Origin: Kofleriaceae bacterium | GTDB taxonomy: Bacteria; Myxococcota_A; Polyangia; Haliangiales; Haliangiaceae | Direction of reading: 5' to 3' | Assembly: GCA_046597055.1 (NCBI GenBank) | Contig: JBKJLC010000079.1 | Location: forward strand, 9,783-73,782 | DNA length: 64,000 nt | Shown here: positions 50,967 to 61,254 of the stretch, in pieces | Numbering within the stretch: position 1 is the stretch's first letter | How the letters are laid out: the number at the start of each line of letters is the position of its first letter | Made by a program: the position numbers and the translations under genes | Notes under the pieces: model-generated | Databases searched by the model: none | What the model was told of the DNA's origin: nothing | Seen by the model: only the letters and a program-made list of their open reading frames with translations

Positions 50967-51524
50967 TCACAGGCTGACGCCCAGCGCGACCGCGCTCGCC
51001 ACCGCGGTCGCCGCGCCGGCGACGAAGCCGACCGCGAGCAGCGGCCACGGCTGGGTGGGGGCGCCCGCGGGCGCCGGCGCCAGCGCCATGCCGAGGTCGA
51101 AGCAGACCTCGTGCACCACACCGGCGGTGGCGTCGACCAGGGCGACGCCGACCGCGCCGTAGGCGACCTGGTACTCGAGGAGCTGGCGGCGAGTGGCGCT
51201 GTTGCCGAGGCGCGGCGCCTCGCCGCCGGTCTTGACCTCGGCGACCCAGCGCTCGCCGTCGCGAGTGACGAGGTAGTCGCAGCGCAGGGCGGCGGCGTGG
51301 GGCGCGCCGTCGACGGTCAGCTGCCAGGCGTGGGTGGCCTGGGCGTCGTCGATCGTGAAGCCGGCGGCGGCCAGCAGCTCGACCGCGGCCAGCTCACCGG
51401 CGCGCGCGACCCGGGCCCGACGCCGGGCCGTGCGGCTGCGGCCGCGCCGCGCGATCGCGCGGACCAGCACGACCGCGAGCACGACGAGGGCCGCGCCGGC
51501 GCCGGCGAGGGCGAGGTCTCGCAT
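50967..51524 (-). CDS. Membrane-anchored PD-(D/E)xK nuclease-like protein
   Basis: TM at both ends; GE..A..LL...GF.I, CDYLV, VAEVKTG, RRQLLEY. Confidence 0.65.
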   Translation of the reverse strand: MRDLALAGAGAALVVLAVVLVRAIARRGRSRTARRRARVARAGELAAVELLAAAGFTIDDAQATHAWQLTVDGAPHAAALRCDYLVTRDGERWVAEVKTGGEAPRLGNSATRRQLLEYQVAYGAVGVALVDATAGVVHEVCFDLGMALAPAPAGAPTQPWPLLAVGFVAGAATAVASAVALGVSL

Positions 51525-51644
51525 CCGGGCGAGCGTGCACCGACCCTCTGATCGCGGTCCGCGCGGCCGGCCTGGAGCCCACGGCCCGCGCGGTGGCACG
51601 GGCCTGGTGCCGTTCGGCGCGGCCCCGCATCGTCGCGCGCGCGG

Positions 51645-52799
<1,155 letters not shown>

Positions 52800-52928
52800 G
52801 GCTTGTCCGATCGACCAGCGTCGAGGGCTGGCCTATTCCTGGATAGGCCGTGCCAGCCGAAACGTAAGAACCCCGCGGCTCCCCGATCGGGGAGGCCACG
52901 GGGCGTGCGCGCACGCACACCGGCGCGA

Positions 52929-54083
52929 TCAGGGCGGGAAGATCGTGGCGATATCCGGGACGATCCGCTCGGCCGCGACCTTGGGCACCACGCCGGGAAC
53001 CCGGGTCCGCTCGGTGAGCACGTAGTACTCGGTCGTCGGCTGCGGCGCTGCCGGGGGCTTGGTCGGGTCGGTCACGGCGGTCGGATCGGTCACCGCCGCC
53101 GGCTCGCCCGGCTTCTCTTGCTTGAGCAGGTCGAGGCTGCCGAGCACCTTGCCGCGCGCGTCGCGGTAGGTGAGCTTGACCACGTTGCCGAGGCTCTTGG
53201 CGTCGAGCTTGGACTCGAAGCTGGTCGGCCGCAGCTTCTCGACCTTGTCGATGAAGTTGGCGGCCGCGGTGTCCGCGGCCTGGCCGGTGCCCCAGGTCTC
53301 GATCTGCTCGTCGTCGGTCGCCCCCGGCCCGTGCGGGTTGGGCTGCTTGTCGTCGGCCGGCTTCTTCACCTTGATGCGACTGACCGTCTTGGTCTTGCCG
53401 GCCGCGGCGATCTCGATCTGCATCGCCTCCTTGGGATCGAACGAGCGGATGTCGCTCGGCTTGAGCGCGCCCTCGCCGCCCTCGAGCGGCGTGATGAGCG
53501 AGCCGAGGATCACGAAGCCCTTGCCGGTGTCGACGTCGAGCACGTAGCGATCGCTGCCGCCGTAGACCCGGCCGCCGAGGACCAAGGTCTTGGCGCCATC
53601 GCGCATCACCAGCGAGATCGTCTTGCTGGTATCGAGCAGCTCGTAGTCCTTCTTGGACGCCTCGGTCACCACCCCGAGCGACTTGATCGCGCGCATGCGG
53701 GCGAGGTCCTTGATCACCTTGTCGCCGGGCTCGCCGATCGGGAACTCGCGGGTGACCAGCTCCTCGGTGTACTCGGGCGCGGGCGGCGGCGGCACCGGGG
53801 CCGCCGGATCGGTCGGGGGCGGCGGCGGCGGCACCGGCTTGGCCTTCTTGGTCGTCTTGGTCTCGACGCCCCACCAGTAGGCGGCGGCGCCCTCGCCGCG
53901 GCGCTCGAGGCGCACGGTGCGCTCGGCGGTCGCCAGCTCGATCGTCTTGAGGTCGGCCTCGGTCCGGCTCCACATGACGACGTCGCCGACGGTCGGCTTG
54001 ACGGTGTCGTCCTGGGTCCAGGTCCGGTAGCCGTAGACCAACATGACCGCGAGCAGCGCGGCGTGAACGATGACGCCTCTCAC
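52929..54083 (-). CDS. DUF4340-like accessory protein of the Gld-type ABC operon
   Basis: N-terminal TM; last gene of a gldA/F/G-like operon; YEL...TLVLG pattern. Confidence 0.7.
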   Translation of the reverse strand: MRGVIVHAALLAVMLVYGYRTWTQDDTVKPTVGDVVMWSRTEADLKTIELATAERTVRLERRGEGAAAYWWGVETKTTKKAKPVPPPPPPTDPAAPVPPPPAPEYTEELVTREFPIGEPGDKVIKDLARMRAIKSLGVVTEASKKDYELLDTSKTISLVMRDGAKTLVLGGRVYGGSDRYVLDVDTGKGFVILGSLITPLEGGEGALKPSDIRSFDPKEAMQIEIAAAGKTKTVSRIKVKKPADDKQPNPHGPGATDDEQIETWGTGQAADTAAANFIDKVEKLRPTSFESKLDAKSLGNVVKLTYRDARGKVLGSLDLLKQEKPGEPAAVTDPTAVTDPTKPPAAPQPTTEYYVLTERTRVPGVVPKVAAERIVPDIATIFPP

Positions 54084-56089
54084 GACGCCTTCTCCTGGCG
54101 AGCGGTCTTCTTGGCCGGCTTGCGGCGCGAGCGGCTCGCGATCATGAGCCCGAGGCCGAGCACCGCCAGCGGGGCGACGATCGTGCTGCCGGTGAACCAC
54201 GCGGCCTGGCGCCGGGGCGTCTGCTTCATCTCGGTCTCCTTCTCGGTGTTGACGATGCCCGAGATGTTCTCCTCACCGCCTAGCCACTTCACGGCGTCGA
54301 CCGGCAGCGAGCGGCCGTTGGTCTCGATGAAGACCTGGCCGGTCATGGTCTGGACCGCGTGGTCGCTGAACAGATCCTGATCGGAGAACACCATGGCGCG
54401 GAAGCCGTCGTCCTCGCTGCCATCGTCCTGCTTCCGCTTGGGCCCCTCGATCGCGGCGCCCACGTTGTAGCGGTCGCGCTTCTCGTCGCCGCCAAACTTG
54501 AAGTCGGCGTCGTGGTCGAGCCAGGCCTCGTTCATCGTGCGCAGCACGTAGGTGCGCTTGGGCTTCTCGGCGCCGGCGGTGGTGTACTCGCGATCGAACA
54601 GGGCGCCCGCGGTCTCGAGCAGGATGCCCTGGTTGGCCGCGCCCCGCGACAGCGAGGTGGTCGACGCGTGCGACGAGAACTGGTTGGTCAGCGCGAGCTG
54701 GCGGTCGGTCTCGGTGCGCCGGGTCGGCAGGAAGTTCTTGTCGTCGGTGACGATGCCGACCCGCTCGGGCTGGCCCGGGCGCAGCTCGCCGAGGCCGACG
54801 CCCAGCCGGCCCTCGAGCGCGCCGAGCCGGAAGTCGCCCTGCGGGTCCATCGCGACCAGCAGGTTCCCGCCGCGGTCGAGGTAGCGACCGAGCGCGTCGA
54901 GCTCGGCCGGGTCGAAGGCCGTCTTGGGGCCCAGCACCATCACGAAGGTGGCGTCGGTGGGGATCTCGCTGGCGAGGCCGTCCATCGCGCCCAGGTTCTT
55001 CTGCTCGTAGTTGAGCTGGGTCAGGACGTTCTTGATGACCTGGGCCCGGCCCTCGGGCAGCTTGCCGCGCAGGTGCGCCGGCAGCGACTCGGGGTCGTTG
55101 ACCTCGCCGTGGCCGACGGTCAGGTAGACCTTGCGCTTGTCGCGCAGCAGCTTCAGCAGCTCGGTGTTCACGGTCTGATCGAGGATGCGCAGCTTGCCGG
55201 TCTGCCGCCGCGCCTTTTCGAAGTCGGTGTCGAGGTCGAACTTCGCGGTCTTCTCGTCCTTGTCGGCGCCGCGGATCAGCACGACGGTGCCGTCCTTCTG
55301 CACCTGGTACTTCTCGGCCAGCTGCTTGGACAGCAGGCGGTCGTGGTGCTCGATGGCGACCTTCTTGGTCTGGCGGCCGAGCTCCTTGAAGTACGCCTCG
55401 ACCTCGGTGCCGACCTCGTTCTGCTCGGGGAAGAACAGCAGCACGCGGATCGGCGTGGCCATCGTCTCCACGACCTTGCGGGTCGACTCGCCCGGTCCCG
55501 AGGTGCGGAAGTAGGACAGGTCCTTCTTCACGTTCTTCTCGCGGGCGATGTTGCAGGTGACCATCAGCAACGCGGCGGCCAGCGCGATGGTCAGGCCCGA
55601 CAGGCCGACCTCGCGAGTCCGCTGCATCTCGACGCCGGCGTCGTCGGCGGCCGGCTGCCAGGTGCCGACCGTGGCCTCCATCATGACCGCGGGGATGAAC
55701 GCGCAGATCGCGACCAGCGCGGTCGCGACCGCCATGATCGTCTGGTACTTGGCGGCGCCGGGCTTCGACAGGTCGTCGAGGCCGAGCCAGCCCATGCCGG
55801 TCTCGCCCGACAGGAAGTAGAGGAGGGCGGCCAGGATCAGGCCGAAGTAGGTCAGCAACAGCATGCCGACCGCCTTGCGCTGGGCGCCCTGGCTGCGCAG
55901 CCAGACGCTGACGTGGAACGCGGTCCCGGCCAGCAGCGCCAGGATCGACAGGCCCGTGAGCGTCTTGACCAGGACCGGGAACGTGGACGCGCCGCCGGCG
56001 CGCAGCGCCCGCGCGATGAGGACCGGAACGACGATCACCATGAGGGTGATCAGCCGGAACGGCCGCTTGGCTACCAGGTTCATTGCCAT
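54080..56089 (-). CDS. GldG-like ABC auxiliary component
   Basis: N-terminal TMs; VYLTVGHGE, VLGPKT, YLDRGGNLLVAMDP; C-terminal TM. Confidence 0.82.
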   Translation of the reverse strand: MAMNLVAKRPFRLITLMVIVVPVLIARALRAGGASTFPVLVKTLTGLSILALLAGTAFHVSVWLRSQGAQRKAVGMLLLTYFGLILAALLYFLSGETGMGWLGLDDLSKPGAAKYQTIMAVATALVAICAFIPAVMMEATVGTWQPAADDAGVEMQRTREVGLSGLTIALAAALLMVTCNIAREKNVKKDLSYFRTSGPGESTRKVVETMATPIRVLLFFPEQNEVGTEVEAYFKELGRQTKKVAIEHHDRLLSKQLAEKYQVQKDGTVVLIRGADKDEKTAKFDLDTDFEKARRQTGKLRILDQTVNTELLKLLRDKRKVYLTVGHGEVNDPESLPAHLRGKLPEGRAQVIKNVLTQLNYEQKNLGAMDGLASEIPTDATFVMVLGPKTAFDPAELDALGRYLDRGGNLLVAMDPQGDFRLGALEGRLGVGLGELRPGQPERVGIVTDDKNFLPTRRTETDRQLALTNQFSSHASTTSLSRGAANQGILLETAGALFDREYTTAGAEKPKRTYVLRTMNEAWLDHDADFKFGGDEKRDRYNVGAAIEGPKRKQDDGSEDDGFRAMVFSDQDLFSDHAVQTMTGQVFIETNGRSLPVDAVKWLGGEENISGIVNTEKETEMKQTPRRQAAWFTGSTIVAPLAVLGLGLMIASRSRRKPAKKTARQEKAS

Positions 56090-56814
56090 CGCTTCGCCTC
56101 CAGGGTCTTCACCGCGAGGAGCAGGAAGAAGTACGTGACGGCGACGTAATAGACGACGTCCTTGAGATTGAACACGCCGCGCATGAAGCTCTTCTCGAAG
56201 TGGCCCCACCAGACGTCGAGCTCGCTGAGAATGAGCGTGGTGGTCGAGCCCGGGTCGGAGCCGATCGCGGGCGGCAGGCGGAACAGCACCGCCATGATGG
56301 CCAGGATCGCCGCGCCGATCGCGGCCGCGGCGAGCTGCTGCTTGACCAGGCTCGACGCGAACATGCCGATCGCCAGGCTGGTCGCGCCGAACAGGAACAT
56401 GCCGGCGTAGCCGATGAAGATCTGGGCGCCGGTGACCTTGGCCTCGCTCTTGATCATCAGCGGGATGTAGAGCGACAGCAGCAGGATCAGGGTGAGGAAG
56501 GCGAGGGCGGCCAGGAACTTGCCGAGGATGATCTCGACCTCGCGCACCGGTGAGGTCGACAGCAGCACGATCGACCCGGTCTGGCGCTCCTCCGAGATCA
56601 GCCGGATGCTCAGGATGATCGCGACGACGCCGATGACGATCGACGCCCACATGAAGAACTGGGCGAGCACCTCGCTGGCGAGCCGGGTCTTGGCCGAGAA
56701 CGCGATGAACAGGACGCCCATCGCGAACAGGGCCAGCGCGGCGACGATCCAGCCGAGGTAGGAGCGCACGTACGCGCCCAGCTCGCGGCGGAAGATGATG
56801 ATGGCGGGATTCAT
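56080..56814 (-). CDS. GldF-like ABC-2 permease
   Basis: IFRRELGAY, SEERQTGSIVLLSTSPV...IILGKFL, RGVFNLKDVVYY. Confidence 0.9.
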   Translation of the reverse strand: MNPAIIIFRRELGAYVRSYLGWIVAALALFAMGVLFIAFSAKTRLASEVLAQFFMWASIVIGVVAIILSIRLISEERQTGSIVLLSTSPVREVEIILGKFLAALAFLTLILLLSLYIPLMIKSEAKVTGAQIFIGYAGMFLFGATSLAIGMFASSLVKQQLAAAAIGAAILAIMAVLFRLPPAIGSDPGSTTTLILSELDVWWGHFEKSFMRGVFNLKDVVYYVAVTYFFLLLAVKTLEAKRWQ

Positions 56815-56844
56815 GTCGGGCTCCTCACGAGCGATCCGTGCGGC

Positions 56845-57831
56845 TCACGCCGCGGCCTGGGCCGCACCGGTGTCGACCAGGCGGAGGAAGGTGTTCTCGA
56901 GCTCGCTGCGGGCGTAGTCGAGCTTGAGCAGATCGAGCCCGGCCTGGACCACCGAGCGGCTGATCTCGCCGCGCAGATCCTTGACCGAGTTGATCGAGAC
57001 CGCCCAGCCGTCGCCGCGCGCCTGCGGCTCGCTGATCTCGGTGACGCCGTCGATCCGGCGGAGGACCGCCATGAGCTGCGCCTTGGGGTCGCCGTCGCCG
57101 TCGCGGTAGGGCTCGCCCTTGCCGGGCGGCACCCGCACCGTGACCGACACGCTCTTGACGTTGCCCTCGTGGGCGGCCAGCTCGGCCTCGGTGCCGGCAC
57201 CGAGGATGCGCCCCTGGCCGATGATGAGCAGCCGGTCGCAGGTCTGGCTGACCTCCGACAGGATGTGGCTGGAGATGAGGACGGTGTGGCGGTCCTTCAG
57301 GCCGTGGATCAGCTTGCGCATCTCGACGATCTGCTTGGGATCGAGGCCGCGAGTCGGCTCGTCGAGGATCACCAGGTCGGGCTTGTGCACGACCGCCTGG
57401 GCGACGCCGACGCGCTGGCGGAAGCCATGCGACAGGGTCGTGATGGGATCGTCGACGACGTCGCCGAGGTCGGTCGCCTCGACCGCCTCGGCCACCCGCG
57501 CGGCGCGATCGCCACGGCCGACCCCGCGCAGCTCGGCGGCGAACTCGAGGAACGCCTTGACCGTCATGTCCTGGTAGACCGGCGGCGACTCGGGGAGGAA
57601 CCCGATGCGCTTGCGGACCTGGTGTGGGTCTTTCAGGGCGTCGATGCCGCCTACCGAGACCGCGCCCGCGGACGGCCGCAGGTCACAGGCCAGGATGCGG
57701 AGAGCGGTGGTCTTGCCGGCGCCGTTCAGGCCCAGAAAGCCCACCGTCTCGCCCTTGTCGATCTCGAAGGACACCGGCCCGAGGGCCCGCTTGCCTCCGT
57801 AGTACTTGGTCAGGTTGGAGACCTGGATCAT
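56845..57831 (-). CDS. GldA-like ABC ATP-binding protein
   Basis: GLNGAGKTT, LSHGFRQRVGVAQA, ILDEPT, SSHILSEV. Confidence 0.95.
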   Translation of the reverse strand: MIQVSNLTKYYGGKRALGPVSFEIDKGETVGFLGLNGAGKTTALRILACDLRPSAGAVSVGGIDALKDPHQVRKRIGFLPESPPVYQDMTVKAFLEFAAELRGVGRGDRAARVAEAVEATDLGDVVDDPITTLSHGFRQRVGVAQAVVHKPDLVILDEPTRGLDPKQIVEMRKLIHGLKDRHTVLISSHILSEVSQTCDRLLIIGQGRILGAGTEAELAAHEGNVKSVSVTVRVPPGKGEPYRDGDGDPKAQLMAVLRRIDGVTEISEPQARGDGWAVSINSVKDLRGEISRSVVQAGLDLLKLDYARSELENTFLRLVDTGAAQAAA

Positions 57832-58341
57832 GGATCCGACACCTCGAGAAACCGGTTCTCCGAGCCCGCCGGGTTGGCGTGCGCGCAGCGCGTGCGCGTC
57901 CAGCTCATGGAAACGTCTGCGCTTTTAACATCGGTGCCATTCCTGTCAAGACCTGGGGAACCTGGGGTTGATGGGCGCCGCGATAGATGCGACGCCGGCT
58001 CGAACCGGGCCGCGGCCTTCCCTCATTCCCGGGCAGGGGACGGCATGGCGCTCCCACCTGCTCCCACCGGACATCGATACCTGTCACACACTAACCGGTT
58101 TCGGTACAGGTTCCGGGACAGGTCGCCGGCCGGAGCGTGACGATCGCGGTCTCACCGCGCGGTGAACCAGGGTTTGCCACCTGAATCACTTCGTTGGCGG
58201 GGGTGTCTGTGGACGCGCGTCCACGATCGCCGGCCGAAGTGTCCGATATGCGGTTCGCACGAGGTGGCAGGCGCGGGCACGGCCGCGTTTCCACCCGGGC
58301 CGTGGGGTGTCGAGCATTCATCGATCGCGCGCCACGCGCAT

Positions 58342-58357
58342 CGGCACGCCGCGTGCT
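58342..58357 (+). promoter_or_regulatory. Possible sigma-54 promoter for the downstream lipoprotein
   Basis: CGGCAC-N5-GTGCT, about 90 bp upstream of ATG 58446. Confidence 0.4.
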
Positions 58358-58445
58358 CATGGCTCCGGTTGTCTCGATGAAACGCTGTCTCTCGCTCGCT
58401 CCCTCCATCTCTTCCACTTCCTCGAAGCTCCACCGGAGTCCTGTC

Positions 58446-59075
58446 ATGCGCACCCTCGCCAAGCTCGCCCTGCTCGCCTCGCTCCTCGTCACCGGCGCCT
58501 GCGTCGAGAGCCCCGACACCGCCACCGATGACGGCGAGCGCGTCGACGGTGATCTGCCCGCGCCGGCGCCCTCGGCCCTCCACAACGAGCCGCTCAGCGA
58601 CGTGATCGACGATGACATCGGAGGCGTGGCCACCGCGCCGGCCCCGGACTCGATCGAGCACGAGCCGGTCGGCACCGAGATCAACGGCGAGATCGGGACC
58701 GCGCCGGGCCCGTTCCCGCAGGGTCCGCTCGGCGACGCGAACCACGGCGGGGCGGTCCTGAGCGGTCCCCTCGGCACCGCGAACCATGGCGCCCCGGTCC
58801 CGAGCGGTCCACTCGGCACCGCGAACCACGGCCCGCGCGCGACGACCGCGACCGGCATCATCGACTGCCGCCCGCTGCTGGTTCGCCCGGATAACGGCGG
58901 CATGGTCGGCGGCGACGTGGTCGGTACGGCGGTGCTCTCGGCCGACCCGACCACCACGGCGCCGACCCCGCGCCCCGGCCACGTGATCCACGACGAGCCG
59001 GCGATCACCGAGATGTCGATGTCGCAGCGCGCGGTGCAGCGGCTCGGCATGATGCAGCGCCTGCGCCGGCACTGA
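58446..59075 (+). CDS. Low-complexity lipoprotein with 14-aa tandem repeats
   Basis: GGAG RBS; MRTLAKLALLASLLVTGAC lipobox; GPLG(D/T)ANHG x3. Confidence 0.7.
   Translation: MRTLAKLALLASLLVTGACVESPDTATDDGERVDGDLPAPAPSALHNEPLSDVIDDDIGGVATAPAPDSIEHEPVGTEINGEIGTAPGPFPQGPLGDANHGGAVLSGPLGTANHGAPVPSGPLGTANHGPRATTATGIIDCRPLLVRPDNGGMVGGDVVGTAVLSADPTTTAPTPRPGHVIHDEPAITEMSMSQRAVQRLGMMQRLRRH
58722..58832 (+). repeat. 42-bp tandem repeat, about 2.6 copies (coding)
   Basis: Units start at 58722, 58764 and 58806: GGTCCNCTCGGC..CGCGAACCAYGGC. Confidence 0.85.
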
Positions 59076-59086
59076 TCGCGGTCGGG

Positions 59087-61147
59087 TCAGAACAGCCCGA
59101 GCTGGCGGGTCGGGCGGCGGAAGGTGGTGGCCGCATCGTCGTCGGGCCGGTCGGGATCGTCCCCGAAGCCGAGCCGGCGGCGGTGCAGCTCGAACATCGC
59201 GGAGATCGCGGCCCACCGGGCGCCCTTGCCGCGGAAGCGGGCGCCAAACTCGCTCTCGTTCATCTTGCCGCCGCGCATCTCCTCGACGGCGTGCTCGATC
59301 TTGCGCACCCGCTCGGCCGGCAGCGTGTCGCGGATGCGCTCCTGGAACACCGGCAGCACCTCCGACGGCAGCCGCAGCGGGATGATGCACGCCGAGCGGG
59401 CGCCGGCGGCCCGCGCCCGCTCGAGGATCTCGGGGATGTCCGGGTCGGTCAGGCCCGGGATCACCGGCGCGATGTTGACCCCGGTCGAGATGCCCGCCTC
59501 CGCCAGGATGCGCAGCGTGTCGAACCGGCGCGCGGGTGAGCTGGCGCCCGGCTCGAGCTGGCGGGCGAGGTCGTCGCGGGCGAACGGGATGCTGAGCGTC
59601 ACGTGGACCCGCGCGTCGCGGGCCAGCTGGGCCAGCACGTCGACGTCACGCCGGATCACCGCCGACTTGGTGATGACGCTAACCGGGTTCCGGAACTCGG
59701 CGCAGAGCTCGAGACAGCGCCGGGTCAGCAGGTAGCTGGCCTCGAGCGGCTGGTAGCAGTCGGTGTCGCCGGAGAACATGATGAGCTCGCCCTGCCACGA
59801 CGGCTTGCCGAACGTCGCGCGCAGCAGCTCGGGGGCGTTGGTCTTGACGACGATCTTGCGATCGAAGTCGGTGCCGGCGCCGAACCCGAGGTACTGGTGC
59901 GACGGGCGCGCGTAGCAATTGTGACTGATGACGCCGTTGGCGACGAAGTCTTCGGTGCCGGTGGTGAGATCGAACATCGGCACGGTCAGCCCGAGCGGCA
60001 CCACCGACACCACCCGGAGGTCGGCGTCGCGCTTGACCGGGACGCCGTCGATGGTCCGCTTGCGCGTGATCGCCGGGTCGACCAGGTGGAAGAAGCGCAG
60101 GTGCTCGCGCAGCCCGCCGCCGATGCGCACGGTGTAGATCGGCGGGGGCTGCGGGTTGGCGTCGAGCACGGCGTCGAAGCCGAACCGCTGCAAGCAGGCG
60201 AGCACGGTCTCGATGATCGTGAGGTCGTCGTTGCCGATCCGGAGCTCGCCGCCGCGGTACGAGCCGTCGGCGTCGAAGATGCCGGCCAGGAAGCCGCGGG
60301 CCCAGTCGCCGGTCGGCGCCGCCGGCCAGCAGATCAGATCGCGGATGCGCTCGACCTGGCCGCGCGACGACGTCCGGATCGCGAGGATCGCGCGCTGGGT
60401 CGCTGACGCGGCCTGGAACGCGATCTCGTGGGTCTCGATCTCGAGCCCGGCCAGGTAGCGGCGGGTCCGGGCCAGCGCCTCGAGATCGACCAGCGCCAGC
60501 CCGAACGGCTGCAGCCGCTCGGCGGCGCGGCTGGCGCCTTCGTACCGGTACGAGCGCAGCAGGTCGTCGCCGCGGATCATCCCGCACAGGTAGCCCTGGC
60601 GATAGTCGGGCCCGTCGACCGGCGTCAGCGCGACCCGGCCGACGCCGACCAGGCTGTGGTCGACGGTGAGCCGTGGCCGCGGCCGTGCGCCCGGCTCGGC
60701 GCCGGCGACGTGGCGCCAGCCGCGCTGGGTGAGGAAGCGGTGATCGCCGCTGGCGACCAGCTCGGTGCCATCGGCCAGTGTGATCCGGTATGCCGGCTTC
60801 TCGGTCGCCCAGTGGGCGAGCACCCGGGTCGCGACGTAGCGGCGCCGGCGATCGCGCACGACCGTGCCGACGATCTCGTCGCCGACCCGCACGTCGGCGA
60901 GCGCGCGGGCGCGGCCGTCGGCCATGAGGATCGGCGTGTCGCCGGCCAGGCAGTACGCGCACGCGTGGACGCAGCCGCGGTACGGGTTGAGGCTGAAGCG
61001 AAAGCCGAGATCGGGGCTCTGGTTCTCGGCGAGGATCGACTTCGCCTCTTCCTCGAACACCTCGAGCTCGGCGTCAGGCGGCTCCTCGAGCCACTCGACG
61101 TGCGTCGAAGCCCACGGGTTCGGCGGGTTGGAGACCTTCCGCGGCAC
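59087..61147 (-). CDS. Radical SAM protein (PA0069/Rv2578c, SPL-like) containing an intein
   Basis: SLNPYRGCVHACAY|CYARPSH, GAGTDFDRKI.VK, DCYQPLE, ITKS. Confidence 0.93.
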   Translation of the reverse strand: MPRKVSNPPNPWASTHVEWLEEPPDAELEVFEEEAKSILAENQSPDLGFRFSLNPYRGCVHACAYCLAGDTPILMADGRARALADVRVGDEIVGTVVRDRRRRYVATRVLAHWATEKPAYRITLADGTELVASGDHRFLTQRGWRHVAGAEPGARPRPRLTVDHSLVGVGRVALTPVDGPDYRQGYLCGMIRGDDLLRSYRYEGASRAAERLQPFGLALVDLEALARTRRYLAGLEIETHEIAFQAASATQRAILAIRTSSRGQVERIRDLICWPAAPTGDWARGFLAGIFDADGSYRGGELRIGNDDLTIIETVLACLQRFGFDAVLDANPQPPPIYTVRIGGGLREHLRFFHLVDPAITRKRTIDGVPVKRDADLRVVSVVPLGLTVPMFDLTTGTEDFVANGVISHNCYARPSHQYLGFGAGTDFDRKIVVKTNAPELLRATFGKPSWQGELIMFSGDTDCYQPLEASYLLTRRCLELCAEFRNPVSVITKSAVIRRDVDVLAQLARDARVHVTLSIPFARDDLARQLEPGASSPARRFDTLRILAEAGISTGVNIAPVIPGLTDPDIPEILERARAAGARSACIIPLRLPSEVLPVFQERIRDTLPAERVRKIEHAVEEMRGGKMNESEFGARFRGKGARWAAISAMFELHRRRLGFGDDPDRPDDDAATTFRRPTRQLGLF
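59918..60952 (-). mobile_element. Intein with LAGLIDADG homing endonuclease (345 aa)
   Basis: Starts CLAGDTPILMADG, block B ASGDHRF, GFLAGIFDADGS, ends FVANGVISHN followed by C+1. Confidence 0.93.
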
Positions 61148-61254
61148 GGCGAAGCGACCCTAACAAAGATCCTCCGGCATGTGAACATCTGTTCAGTGCC
61201 ATGGATCCGGAGTGGGTCGGGATCGGTGCCGGAGGTGTCGGCGGCTCCCGCGCG

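Noticed and set aside
52929..57831. gldAFG-like operon as evidence of Bacteroidetes-type gliding or as the RHS exporter
   Set aside because: Such ABC operons are widespread outside Bacteroidetes, and nothing in the sequence links it to the toxin beyond proximity.
57925..57940. TGGCAC -24 elements upstream of the gldA-like gene (and of htrA near 52845-52857)
   Set aside because: The -12 TTGC element is missing, so support is insufficient.
58722..58832. 42-bp repeats as a CRISPR array, or as a RiPP precursor for the adjacent radical SAM enzyme
   Set aside because: The repeats are in-frame coding units without unique spacers and no cas genes are present. The radical SAM gene is convergent and of the SPL-like family, without a SPASM or RRE domain.
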